64,000 nucleotides of DNA from Macrostomum lignano (Eukaryota): positions 32,033-96,032 of the forward strand of contig NIVC01001996.1 in NCBI GenBank assembly GCA_002269645.1. Reading direction: 5' to 3'. Position 1 is the stretch's first letter; every line of letters begins with the position of its first letter. A program made the translations under genes and the position numbers. Below the pieces are notes generated by a model. That model ran no database searches. It saw nothing but the letters and a program-made list of their open reading frames with translations, and was not told where the DNA came from. Positions 1 to 15,100 of the stretch are shown piece by piece.

Positions 1-1075
1 CCTGAAAGGAATTTGTGTATCTTCAGCTCCACTGCAGTCTGCATCAGTCTAACAACCAAGGAAATACGCATTTCTTAGGAGGCCATTTAAATTTTAGAGT
101 ACTTTTAAGAGAAACTTAAAATTTCCATGGTGTGCGGTGTGCCTAATTTAGTAGGGTTGTATTTCATTGCATCGCATCGCCTTTTCATAAATCTTTCGCT
201 TTTACAAACCATGCTGGATTCCCTCGATTTGCCAATTGCCAATTGCCATCCACTGTTAAACTGCTGCAGAGTTTGCCAATACAGAGGGGAGGGCAGTGGT
301 TAGAATTTCTCACTAAACTGTTATGGCTAAACGAAGCCTCTCCACTCTCGGGGTGCAGAGAAGGCTATAAATAAAGTTATTCCAAAACACTGTACATTTG
401 CTATGTACATTCAGTCCTATCGCCTGACCCTTCGTCTGGCTCTGGGGGAATGAGTGAGTGAGTGGCACAAACAACAGAAAAAGCAGACAAACTTCACATG
501 CTTACAGTTTCTTTTTCGGTTGAGTTACAGAGTTGAAACTTTACATTTAGACAGAGAATGGGTCAATGAAGAATTGTGTCAAGTTTGAAGTCAATCGCTT
601 TACGTGAAGCAAACTTATGGCAGCTGAAAGTTAGTCAATTTTGAAACCCTTTTACACATCTGGGCCCAGATCGGGTAAGAGGCAGGCGGGCGGAGGTTGG
701 GGTGGTTGCTACGCTGAAAAAAACAGCCTAACTTTAAAAGCGCACAGCACCGCTCAGGATTAACTTTGATACTCGAAATTTTACACGATTGTGCCAAAAT
801 AGTTAAAGATTATCTGTGTCAAATTTGAAGAGAATCGGTAGAAGTGGAGCGGCGCTATGGAGGATTTAGTGAAAAAATCGCGCATTTTGAGCAGTTTTTT
901 GTACTTTTAGGTAGGAAGACTTGAGTCTAGGAAATTAAAAGGTAGCCTAAGACATTCTCCGTAGTAAGTTTAGGGTGGGTGTAAAGTTTGGTGTAATTTG
1001 GTTGAGCGGTTTGGGAGTCCATAGCGAAGTAATTTGTCCACAGACAGACAGAGTTTTGATTTTTATAGGTAGAGA
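1..1075. repeat. Copy 1 of a ~1.1-kb direct repeat (copy 2 at 3114-4200); the distal part looks like a Helentron-type non-autonomous element
   Basis: Position 1 cctgaaaggaatttgtgtatcttcagctcc recurs at 3114 and the alignment continues with few differences to the (GACA)n-gagttttgatttttatag end. GACA/GTCT microsatellites near the end are typical of HINE/DINE-like elements; that class call is inferred. Confidence 0.85.
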
Positions 1076-1369
1076 CAAGCTGTTGAAACCCGCGGATTTT
1101 GAACCCGGGGAATTCCAATCCCCGGAACTACTTTTGCATGTATTCTGAAATCTAAGGTCATACACAAACAAAAACTTGTTAATAGTTAGTAGAATAGAGG
1201 TAGACATAAAATGGACACATTCGTGTAAAATTAGGATTTGAAGCAAACATTGATATTGTTGGCTGGGTTACTTCACAGAATGTCAGGCAATGTCTGTCTG
1301 ACTCTAAAACATGTATTGGCAAACTCTGGCCTCTCCCTGACTCTCACTATGTCCCTTGGATCCTTTAAA

Positions 1370-2960
<1,591 letters not shown>

Positions 2961-3113
2961 ACTCTCATCTGGCCCGCACATAAGCTGGATTCTTTATCTG
3001 GCTTTTGAAGTAAAATCTGCCGATCACTGCTTCGAAAGCCAGTTTGTGGGACGTACTACTCTCATCGTTATTCTCATGCTTTGATCACGTCATCTTTCTT
3101 GCCAATTTGCAGC

Positions 3114-4144
3114 CCTGAAAGGAATTTGTGTATCTTCAGCTCCACTGCAGTCTGCATCAGTCTAACAACCAAGGAAATACGCATTTCTTAGGCCATTTAA
3201 ATTTCAAAGTACTTTTAAGAGAAACTTAAAATTTCCATGGTGTGCCTAATTTAGTAGGGTTGTATTTCATTGCATCGCATCACCTTTTCATAAATATTTC
3301 GCTTTTACAAACCATGCTGGATTGCCTCGATTTGCCAATTGCCATCCACTGTTAAACTGCTGCAGAGTTTGCCAATACAGAGGGGAGGGCAGTGGTTAGA
3401 ATTTCTCACTAAACTGTTATGGCTAAACGTAGCCTCTCCACTCTCGGGGTGCAGAGAAGGCTATAAATAAAGTTATTCCAAAACACTGTACATTTGCTAT
3501 GTACATTCAGTCCTATCGCCTGACCCTTCGTCTGGCTCTGGGGAATGAGTGAGTGAGTAGCAAAAACAACAGAAAAAGGAGACAAACTTCACATGCTTAC
3601 AGTTTCTTTTTCGGTTGAGTTACAGAGTTGAAACTTTACATTTAGACAGAGAATGGGTCAATGAAGAATTGTGTCAAGTTTGAAGTTAATCGCTTTACGT
3701 GGAGCAAACTTATGGCAGCCGAAAGTTAGTCCATTTTGAAACCCTTTTACACATCTGGGCCGCCCAGATCGGGAAAGAGAGGCAGGCGGGCGGAGGTTGG
3801 GGTGGCTGTCTCGCTGACAAAAAACAGCCCAACTTTAAAAGTGCACAGCGCCGTTCAGGATTAACTTTGAGAATCGAAATTTTACACGATTGTGTCAAAA
3901 TAGTTGAAAATTGTCTGTGTCAAATTTGAAGAGAATCGGTAGAAGTGGAGCGGCGCTATGGAGGATTAAGTGAAAAAATCGCGCATTTTGAGCAGTTTTT
4001 TGTACTTTTAGGTAGGAAGACTCAAATTTAGGAAATTAAAAGGTAGCCTAAGACATTCTCCGTAGTAAGTTTAGGGTGGGTGTAAAGTTTGGTGTAATTT
4101 GGTTGAGCGGTTTGGGAGTCCATAGCGATCAAAATTGTCCACAC

Positions 4145-4177
<33 letters not shown>

Positions 4178-4200
4178 GTTTTGATTTTTATAGTTAGAGA
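3114..4200. repeat. Copy 2 of the ~1.1-kb direct repeat, with an expanded (GACA)n tract at ~4146-4176
   Basis: Near-identical to 1-1075; its end abuts the stop codon (4201-4203) of the EGF/TSP1 gene. Confidence 0.85.
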
Positions 4201-4639
4201 TTAGTCGGTTTTGAAGACAGTCTTATAGCTGAGCCGGTGGTAAGCCAGCATCTGGTGAGTGTGAGCCCGTTCTCGCACGGCCAAATCAAGCAGGTCTCGG
4301 TCGCATTTCAGCGCCACAGACAGGAAGCACTGGCAGGTGAACAGGCAGCCCAGACCGATGGCCGTGGCAATGGCCAGTGCTGCCAGCATCTGCCGCAGCA
4401 CCATGGCAGTGCGCCAGCGATCAGTCCGATAGGGCCCGAGCCTTTCCGGCACGCCGCAGTCGGTGCCGCCACCGTGGCACCAGTCCGACTCGAAGCCGTG
4501 GCCGAGGCATTCCAGGCCCAAGCAGGCACTGCGAATTGAGACGCGAGTGAGACTCAGGTTTTCACTATGTATTTGCGGCATATCACATGCGTATTGATGA
4601 AATACGAATTGCCCACTTTGCTCAACCTTTGCTTATCGA

Positions 4640-4810
4640 GGGAGGCTGTAGCCTAGTGGTTAGAGCGACTGAGAGGTCGCACTCGGAACAATTTGTGACC
4701 TTGAGCAAGACACTGAAATCTGTATTGCTTCAGTTCACCCAGCTGTAAAATGGGTGCCAGCATTAGCTGGGGTAATTGAGGCTGTGTGTGTGGCGACCCC
4801 CAGTCCTTGG
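4640..4810 (+). mobile_element. tRNA-derived CORE-type SINE (B-box region deleted)
   Basis: A-box-like tagcctagtggtta, then gtgaccttgagcaag...ttcagttcacccagctgtaaaatggg resembling the MIR/CORE domain; second copy at 41081-41256. Confidence 0.7.
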
Positions 4811-6169
4811 ACTGAACAGCCGTACGCAGCTTTCAGGTGCGCCGCGAAATTTAGTTGCATCGTTAGGCATGCAGACACCCTGAAAGTACTCCGAAAGGAA
4901 TGGAACCTTGGGTACTTTGGTTGTCACATTTGGACCAGTTGCTGTTAACCCCATACAATATTCCGGACGCCCGCCGACTTTACCAACGTGCATGTACCCG
5001 ACGTTGATAGACGCTTATGGCGAATTGGTACTCTAGTATCGACGTATGGGACATACAAAAACTTTTCACTTTTACTTATTTTGCAAATTATTATTTTTTC
5101 ACCCATCTAAGATACTCAATTCGGGCCAAAGATTGCTCAAATCAATGCACGGCTGGTTCAGACCAATTTTAAATGACCAGTGGAGCTTCCAACGGTAATT
5201 TGAACCGGCCTTGACTACATGCATCTGCCAATGGAAGTAATGCAAAAGAAATTGGTAGTTTATCTTGAGGCTCGTGTTTCCCAAACGATTTTTTCACAAA
5301 ATTGGCTGCTCAATCACGGATGTGCAAGCCGTGTGATCACGCGCGATCAGTCTTTTGATTGTGATGTGCACTTTGAATGAGCCTATAGATCGAACCACAG
5401 CCGCAAAGAGGCGACATCAATTACCTGGAAATTACCCTCTTCGCGCATACGCACTCGCTCGCTAACCAAGGATGAATTCCTGACTGAAGACTACAATGGA
5501 GCATGGCTAAACTTCAAAAATGTGGCCAAGTAGTTTGAACAAATTATTCGAGATTCGAACCCCAAATAACATATTATAGCATAGAACTAGAAAACATAGA
5601 AAAAGGGAGGGAATTTGAACCAGCGTTAATGCTCACGTAGGTTTTCTACGAAGACTTTCTGAACCTTGGCGGTTGGCCAAGAATTAAAAAAAGCCGCAGA
5701 AAAGTCACTGCTTTAAAAAAAATAACTTCTATAACAACGCACCGACTGCGATGCCGCTCGCGTCTGTCTCCGCAGTCCGGATCGCAGGAGCTCCACGGTC
5801 CCCAAACTGACCAGAGCCCGCGACGGAACTGACACTTTGGGCCGTAGTGCGTAGCTGGGCACTGGCAGATGGCCTCGCCTCTGCTTGATACGCAGTCTCC
5901 GACTTCGCAAGGCAAAGACATGCACGGATCGTGGCGAAGCTGACAGTTGGGATCTCGTCCCTCGACGGACTGTTATGTAATGACGATCGAGCATAACTTT
6001 GAGACTGATTGGTGATCACTGATTGGGTGATGACACGCAGGGGTAACCAGAGGAACCAAGCAGTATAGCGGGAATCGACAAACTGCCGCGGACCACATGT
6101 GGCCATCGAAGCCTTTCTACCCGGCCCTCGGAACTTTTGAAACTTCAATCCGGCCCAGTAACGTTTTAT

Positions 6170-6400
6170 GTATCTTCTCCACTCTCTTCTCTCTCTCTCT
6201 CTCTCTCCTCTCTTCCCTCTTCTTTCCTCTGATCTTTTCTCGTATATTTTTCCCATCTCTCACCTCTCCTCTCTTCTGATCTCTCATCTTCCATTCTCTC
6301 CATTTTCCACTCTCATCTGGCCCTTCATCATGATAAGCTAGATTCTCTAACTGGCCCTTGTGTTAAGAAGAAAGTCTGCCGACTCGTGCAATGAAGCTCT
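6170..6400. repeat. CT-rich tract plus ccactctcatctggccc...tctgccga segment related to 2950-3030
   Basis: Shared motif ttccactctcatctggccc and gataagct(a/g)gattct follows a CT tract at both loci. Confidence 0.55.
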
Positions 6401-9395
6401 GGCGCCCCTGACGATGCCCTTTGCAGTTTGCACTTTGAATATTTCTAACTTTTTTGCACGATAACTATTGCATCATCTACGACACTCTGTTGACTGTAAA
6501 CACGTGACTCTTCAAACATATTTTACAAGGTAAAATAAGATCATACAATACTGAGAATACATTTTTAATAAAGGTTGCTCTTACCCCCGCACGTCTGCCA
6601 CCAGTATCGATCAGCCAGCCGTTTTTGCACTGGCAGACGAAGAGATCCGTGCCTATCACTGGCAAGCACTCGCCTCCAGCGTCCACATTGCAGGCTTGAT
6701 TGCCAGTAGGCAGCCTGCCCTGTTCTGTTAACTGTCGTTCGAAGCAAGCATTTCTTTCCGTATCGCATCTTGGACCCATGAACCCGGATTTGCAATAGCA
6801 TCACAATTCGTTTGTTAGCGGGTCATATTGGCAGCTTTTTGTTCCAAACATTGAGCAGGGGTTGTCCATCTGTTCGAGAGAAGTGCGCATATGCAATGGG
6901 AATAGAGAAACCTTTGGGTACAATCTAGATATTATGTAACAAATCTTATATGGGCAACTTTAAAACTGGGCTGCCCCTCCCCAAAGTTTATATAACTCAA
7001 GTCTGTTTTCACTTACTCAGAAAAGACAAGAAAGTTTCAAATCGCTGTCAAAATTTCAAACCGAGTGAGCTTAAAAATATTAACAGTAGCATACAGTCAT
7101 ATCAAAACGCTGACTTACTTTGCATCTGTCATAAATGACGCAGGCTCGCTTGCTGAATGACCAGGTGGCGGTTTCGATGCACGTGCACTTGAAGTCTTTG
7201 TCGTACATGCCGTCGAGGTAAACCTCGCAGTTGTCAGTCATCGTATACGCCATGTCTACGCAAGGATTGTTCCGACACGGGTTTGGGCAATAGTGATCAA
7301 TGACGTCTCCTTTTAGCGACATATTGTGCAACATTCGGCAATACGAGAGCCAGAATGCGACACCGACAGAGTCAGCGCGAGTGTACAGGCCTTCGTCGAC
7401 AAGTGGCCTGCGTAGAGTCGTGCTGTAGTACGTGTTAATCTTGGTTGACATAAGTATAAGAATAAAACGCCTCCAAAAACATACTACATCAAGCGGTTCT
7501 CTACAGTGTAATGGACGCGATGTCCAGACTTTTTCTTCTTGATGAAATACTTTATCTTGTCGCATTGACTCCCAAGTTCCAACGAGAAATTCGCGAATAT
7601 GATCCCGGTACAAATAACTTTCCGTAATTTTCGCTTCATCATCGCGAATTTCGTTGCCCAATAGATTCAGTAAATCTCGATTCAAGTCGAAATCAACGCT
7701 GAGAAGTTTATTGAAAGACAGTCAAACAAGTTCTCCAAGCGAGTTTTTCTCTGGCCGATACGGCGATAGAACATCCAGGATTCAAACTTTTTTGTGGCTT
7801 CACGGTGGGCTGAAGACGATCCTACTAGGTTCATCAGCCGCATAAAACCTTTAGTTGCATGCTTGTAGAATACGACCTCGGTAGCAACCTCTCTACTCAA
7901 GCCGGTGCGCAGTACTTGGGGAAAGCCGAACTGATAGGACCGTTTAGTGGGGTGCAGCATGTCGCCGAACGACAGCACGTGCGGATACATTCGATTCAGC
8001 TTGCCCATCGGGCGAGGCCGGAACAGCAAGTTGGCCAGCTCGTAGGTTTTTTCTTCGTCTTTCGGGTCTCGATAGATACGTCTGGCCTGCTCGGTAGCTC
8101 CTGTCGTGTCCAATGCAGTTGCTAGCATATAAAATAGCAGAGGTACTATAGCCTGAACATACTTCTTCCAGTTGAGCTTACGTACTCTTAGGCAGAATTG
8201 TTGATAACGCGACGAGTGTAAAGCTTAGTATAAGTTTTTTATAATCTTCTATTATTTAGCTTTATTTCATTTTTACTCAAAGCATGACCATAGACTAATC
8301 ATGTCCACAGCAAAATCCGCTTTCCAGCAAAAAATGCTGCAACTAAAAATCTTTTTTTTGAACTATGTATGGCCTTCTATGAAAGACTTGTAAAGCTCAA
8401 GGATGACCGTTGCATGTACATGCAGTAAATTAGATTTACAAATAAACGACCCAGTTAAGCTGCATCTGCGTCGTACATGCGCGTAATTATTGGCAATAAA
8501 TAGACCTAAAGAGATAATGTATCCCCCACTTGCCCCGGGCGAACGTCTATAGTCTCAATGTAAATTTCATTTATTTGCATCGGTGCAAATAAACGGTCTA
8601 TTTCTCTGTGCAACTGCTCTTTCGATTATAAGCCATTATATGGAATCCGATAAGGAAAATACGGTACATATGCTTTATACTAAATAGACTATCACAATTG
8701 ACTCTAACAAAAACACTGAACGTAGCATTTTTAATTTAGACTATGTACATGCTACAAACACGAACTAGCCAAGAGTAGACTACTTGACTGTCCTTTGGAG
8801 CTAGCCGATTTCATTAAGTCTAGGTTCTTAGTGCATTTTTGACATTTTAACGCCCATTCTCTTTTAATATTGTTACAAAGAAAAGTTTGATTTTATAACT
8901 AAGGAAGTTATACAAGTTACAGTAAAAAACGCTTTTAAATTGTTTTAAAAACACTTCTTATCAATCTTTGTTAAGACTTATAATTGCCTAAACAACAGAA
9001 ATTTAACTTCGACTTAGAAAATAATTTTCTTAACTCGTCAGTTAGTAGCTAAAACTATCTATCAGGGCTTTTTACAAGCTTATCGTCCATCCGTCAAAGC
9101 ATTTTAGGCCTATTAAGTCTCATGAAAATCGGTTGAACCGTTTTTTCCTGCAAACTGTCACACCCATGATAAGACCAACTATTTTTAGTATATGACCTAT
9201 GCTATACGCCTATACTCCCTATAGGATTGTGTTATGCACATGCTCGACCGATTCGTTTGATATTTCTGTTCATTTTTTGTGAAGCATTTTATCAAGCCAT
9301 GTATAAAGCATGTATCTTAATCTTTACAGACGTTTTTGAAAGTTCAAATTTCAAATTTTAGCTTCATTTTTATCTAGCTTTAAACTTTGAACTTC

Positions 9396-11218
9396 GGCAA
9401 TTGTCAAGTTCCGTTCGTTAAATTATTTTGACTTTAAAAGTACTGTACAAACTATTTTAAGTACAAATAGCTATTTTAAGAGACCTAAGATTAATCAGGC
9501 CCTAATTTTATGCTTCAAAACTTGTTATAATGTATGACACCAAAAAGCTGCAATAGTCTATGATGGCCTAATCGTTAACAAGTGAACGAGTCTTAACAGA
9601 AACAAATAAAAAGTATTATTGTTACTATGGTTTACCATATTAACAATGCTTCAGTCAAAGATTGATTGTTTAACGATGATTGGAAATTTTGCCATAGACA
9701 ATTTTTTTATATGTATTGTACCAAACATTCAATGCATGAAAAACATTAGGAATAGAAAATCATAGGAAAGCTACGCATTTTAACACATGCACTAACAAAT
9801 ACATGGATGAACAAAACAAAAAGCATAGATGAACTAAATACGCATTTTAACACAAAATGTGCATTAACAAATTGAGCATGGAAAAACATAGAATATGCAT
9901 TTTTACATACATTTAAACAAATTGAGAGCATAGAAAAATGTAGAATATGGACTTTACACACACATGTCACCAAATTAAGCACAGAGAAACAGAATACGCA
10001 TTTAAGCGCACATTTTAAGTTAAACTTAAATTTAACAAAACCAAGCATAGAAAAAACATAGAATGCATTTCAAAATGTGTATATTGAAACATTAAAAGCA
10101 ATTAGCTAATTGTTATGACATATCAGCATTTATCAAATCACATATCTGATATATCTAGTAGGGGTATATCCAAAACCGAATGGTCATCCATTGTAGGATC
10201 TTCTAAGAAACAGATGAACTCCGCTAGGTCAGCATCGCCAGCATGGTTGGTTGCACTCAGCAGAGAAAGGAAATCCATTTCGCTTGAAGACACTCCATTA
10301 AGAGAATCAGTAGGCAGATATTTCCAATTTATTAGATGCATTTTAGTAGTTGATGTTAAAGCAAGCAAGCTTATATCAAGCCACAGTCCCCTGCATTTCT
10401 CTAATCTATATTCACTCAATAGTCTATGGTATAGTTGGAATTGCTCCATAGTGCTTCCTATGGCAGTGTCAATGTCGTTCTCAATGTCTATGGCCAAAAC
10501 CTGCGCAGTCTAGGACATTTCTGATTTGCTGAGACATTGTTAAACAATCAGCATTAAACAACGCTTCAGCATTAAACAATGCTTCTAGTCGAGTATGCTA
10601 AATGATAGTGACAATAAGTCTATACATATGGTACTAGAGGTAAACAATAAGCAAAATCACAAGTGGCATAGCCGTGGCATAGCCACTCATGATTTTGCTT
10701 ATTGTTTACCTCTAGTACCATATGTATAATCTCCCATTGTTTATGATCAAATTGCCAATGAACAGCAAAAGCTTTACATGTTATATTAGTGGGAAATCCA
10801 TAATAGGATATTTCTAAATGGCTTCACTGGGTTCAGTTGACACAACAATTCCTATAAGTATGTTTCAAATAGGGCTTGTGAAGTCCCATGCATGGTGTGC
10901 AGCATAGGGCCTAGTCTTGCTAAATTTGGGACTTTAATTTTAGTTATTTGTTTTTTGTCAACTTGTTAAAGATCATTTATGTTTAGACTTGACCATAGAC
11001 CTTTTTTCAAGTCGAAAAATGTTCAAATGTTTGGGCCATAGACTAGGCCTATTGTAGCTTTCTAGTGTCAGATGCATTATAACAAGTTTTGAAGCATAGA
11101 ATTAGTGGTTAATCAGGCTTAAGTCTCTTAAAAGTATTTGTTTGTACTTAAAATAGTTCATGCATACATTACTTTTCTGGAGTCAAAATAATTTAACAAA
11201 CAAAAGTTGACAATTGCC
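9396..11218. mobile_element. Diverged inverted-repeat pair (arms ~9396-9555 and ~11050-11218); possible old TIR element
   Basis: ggcaattgtcaa/ttgacaattgcc, aattattttgact/agtcaaaataatt, ctattttaagtacaaa/tttgtacttaaaatag and tatgcttcaaaacttgttataatg/cattataacaagttttgaagcata are collinear reverse complements. Confidence 0.55.
10621..10728. repeat. Perfect 39-bp-arm hairpin (mini-MITE or structured element)
   Basis: 10621-10659 is the exact reverse complement of 10690-10728. Confidence 0.85.
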
Positions 11219-12173
11219 TAAACTTCATATAGCTTCAAACCAACCACTGGGGCATAGGAAACATGTGAGTTTAAAACAAGGAGATTCTTTAATGTGATTG
11301 ATTTTATATAAAAATTTTTGGCAATCTTTTACTTTATTGCTTTAAATTATTTTCATGTGAAAAATAATAAAATATAAAGTCATTAATCATTAGAATATCA
11401 ATGATAGTGTCTAACCTAATATAGAAAGTTCCCAAACACTTTTGGTGGCAGGAAGAGGTGGCACCACAGGTACTCATTAAGGTGGTGTCAAACGGCATCT
11501 GTATTAAGAGAAGCTGCCTTTTGTAACTGCTTTCTACATCCTGCACATTGGGCATGACTAGACATAGCCATATATAAACTGGGATCTATCTTGCTGCTTT
11601 AGTTAATAGCTAAAGCATCTAGGCATTGTGTGCAAGCCCGGGAGTTAGATAGCAGCCCAAAAGTGGTGCTCTAGGCCTCCTAGCAATTTGGCAATCACTA
11701 GATACACTAAAATGTTTATGAAAATATGAAAATAATTTAATGCAATAAAGTAAAAGATTGCCAAATTTTCTTCAATAGAGAAAGATAGAGCTTGATTAAG
11801 TTTTAGGTATCAATTCCTAATCTTTGTAGAACACCTAGTCATTAAGGCTAAAACCTTGTATTAGGCTATATGATTGTCATTCAAACATATAAAAAACTGA
11901 TCCTATACAAATACCAAAGATAATTTTTTGTTATTATTTTAGAGTTAAAATTTGTTAAAATTTATCAAAAATATAAATTATGTATATATAACACAGTTCT
12001 GATAAATATGTAATCTAAAATAATATTATAGTTAAAAAAGCTTTTTTCTTAATAAATAATTTGTGTAATACAAAGTAAATACTAAAATTTGAATTTAAAG
12101 CAAAATGTTTAAAAGAAGTGTTTAATTTTCTATAATGAGGAAAAAGTTTTTACATCACACCTCCTTTGCAGGC

Positions 12174-15100
12174 ATGGCCCTTCCCCGTCACTATGTGGTG
12201 CACAGATTTGTTAAGATCACATTAAAGGACCTGAGCAAAGAGTCCAGTCAGTGCGACCCAGCCTTCGGCTATGTGCTCAATAATAACAGTAAAAAATTGC
12301 AGGACCAGCTAGCCGGACTGCTCAATAAGCAGCAGTACTTGTATGTGAGAGACAAAGCAGGCTGGACCCTGTTGCACTATGCTGTGCTGTGCGGCCATCG
12401 GAAAATTACCGCTCTGCTGTGCCAGTGCGGTTTCGATGTTAACATTAAATGCGACGTTAGCGCCTTTGGCGTCACAGGCTGGCGCGCCATTCACATTGCT
12501 GCTGAGAGAGGCGACTCTGACACCTTGAAGTTGTTAATCTCATATGGCGCCAGCTGCGAGCTGATGGCTGAAGTTGCTGAAGCAGCTGACAGCGGCAATG
12601 AGCAGCAGCAGCAGCAGCCAGACGCCACAGCAGTAGCAACATCTGGCTTGGCTGAACGTTGGAATGCTGTGCACATGGCCGTCTCCAGCGAGTCAGTGGA
12701 ATCAGTGAGAGTCTGTCTGCAGCGGGGCGGAGCTTATGTTGACACGAGAACGTTGAGACGACAGACTCCACTGATGTTGGCTTGTAAATCTGGTTGCTTA
12801 GCAATTGTACAGCTTTTGCTCACTGCCGGTGCCAGTTTGAGAGCTAGGGACAGTCAGGTATGCTTTATTGTTTTGTCCGCATGGTTGGTTGCACCTGCCC
12901 TAATGGCCAGATGTGCAACCGACAGCTCAGCCGCAGCTATTGCGCGGCGCATCTGAAGGCTGCGTAACTGCGTAGCATAACTGATGCTAATTGCTGATTG
13001 GGAGGCCACTCAGCAGTAATCTAGCGCTGAATTTAGACTGTGTCTATAGAATTCTGATTGGAATCTATAGACTTTTGATTAGAATCTATAGACTTCTGAT
13101 TGGAATCTATAGACTTCTGATTGGAATCTATAGACTTCTGATTGGAATCTATTGACTTCTGATTAGAATCTATAGACTTCTGATTGGAATCTATAGACTT
13201 CTGATTGGAATCTATAGACTTCTGATTGGAATCTATTGACTTCTGATTGGAATCTATAGACTTCTGATTGGAATCTATAGACTTCTGAATGGAATCTATA
13301 AAATTTTGATTTTGGAATCCATACACTTCTGATTGGAATCTATATCAGACTTCTGATTGGAATCTATATCAGACTTCTGATTGGAATCTATAGGCTTCTG
13401 ATTGGAATCTATAAGACTTTTGATGGAATCTACATAGACTTCTGATTGGAATCTATAGAATTTTGATTGGAATCTATCGACTTCTGATTGAAATCTACAT
13501 AGAATTCTGATTGGAATATATAGGCTTCTGATTGGAATCTATAGACTTTTGATTGGGATCTATAGACTTTTGATTGGAATCTATAGACTTTTGATTTTGG
13601 AATCTATACACTTTTGATTGGAATCTATAGAATTTTGATTTTGGAATCTATACACTTTTGATTGGAATCTATAGAATTTTGATTGGAATCTATAGACTTT
13701 TGATTGGGATCTATAGACTTTTGATTTTGGAATCTATAGACTTCTGATTTTTGAATCTATAGACTTCTGAATGGGATCTAAAGACTTCTGACTTAAATCT
13801 GCAAACTTCTGATTTCGGAATCTGAAATGCAAGCAAAAATGCTATGTTCACCGTTGCCAGGGCAACACTCCCCTGCACTACGCCGCGCAGTCGCCCTGCC
13901 CCGAGACGCTGCGCCTGATTCTTCAAGATGGCGCCCGGGCAGACGCGGTGAACTCGGCTGGCCAGCTGCCTCTGCACAATGCCGCCCAGAGTCGCAGCTC
14001 AGGCGTGCAAAATCTCCAACTGCTGCTGGACACTTGGCCGTCGGGCCTGGAAGCCGTCGCTTCGTTGCCGGATTTGAACATTGGCGCCGGCGCCACGCCG
14101 CTGATAGCCGCGGTGGCCACTCCCGGAGCTTCGGCTGTGACGGAGAAACTAGATTTGCTGCTGAGTCGAGGTGCCGATATCAATCGGGTATTTGAGTACA
14201 ACTCGCTGACTGGAGTGAACGCGCTTCGACTGCTAGTTGAAACTCGCAGCATCAACACAGATCTGGTGCACTATCTCCTTAGCAACGGAGTCAATGTCGA
14301 CTCTTTAGCTAGCGACGGAGTTTCGCCGTTGCTGTGCGCTGCTCAGAAAGGCAGCGTTGTCATGGTAACTAAATTGTGCAAATATTCGCCCAATCCGAAC
14401 GTTGCTGATCGAGACGGCTATACGGCTTTGATGTACGCCGTGAAGTGCAGGAACTCCAGCTTGGTGAGGACTCTGCTGGAGTTGAAACCCGACCTGGAGA
14501 TTGCTATCAACTTCTACGACGCGAGGCGTGAGTGTTGCGTGCTGAGAATTCGGTTAAATATTATTAAGAATGAAATGAGTTCTAGCTAAAATACATGGGA
14601 TGCAGATAAGAATCCATGGAGTACAGATAAGAGTCCATAGAATACTGATAAGAATCCATGAGTACAGATAAGAGTCCATCGAATACTGATAAAGAATCCA
14701 TGGAATACTGATAAGAATCCATGGAATACTGATAAGAATCCATGAAATACTGATAAGAATCCATGAAATAAAACTGATAAGAATCCATGAGTACAGATAA
14801 GAATCCATGGAATACTGATAAGAATTTATGAAATAAAACTGATAATAATCCATGAGTACAGATAAGAATCCATGGAATACTGATAAGAATCCATAGAATA
14901 CTGATAAGTATCCATAGAATACTGATAAGAATCCATAGAATACTGATAAGAATCCATGGAATACTGATAAGAATCCATAGAATACTGATAAGAATCCATG
15001 GAATACTGATAAGAATCCATAGAATACTGATAAGAATCCATGGAATACAGATAATAATCCATGAAATAAAACTGATAAGAATCCATCGAATACTGATAAG

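Larger units (their letters stand above)
4201..8128 (-). pseudogene. EGF-repeat + TSP1 single-pass membrane protein gene with disablements
   Basis: Exon blocks ~8128-7119 (possible 45-nt intron near 7441-7485), 6869-~6590, ~5990-5743 and 4528-4201. EGF-like Cys patterns (CPNPCRNNPC..C..FKCTC; DNPCSMFGTKSC..CYCKSGFMGPRC; DPCMSLPCEVGDC..CQCPATHYGPKC), TSP1 motif WSVWGPWSSCDPDCG..RSR joined in phase 2 to ACLGLEC, then hydrophobic MLAALAIATAIGLGCLFTCQCFLSV and a short tail. In-frame TGA at 6803-6801 and a frameshift near 7715. Confidence 0.7.

Noticed and set aside
6801-6803. In-frame TGA as selenocysteine
   Set aside because: It is not at a conserved Cys position of the EGF motif, no SECIS was recognised, and other disablements co-occur.
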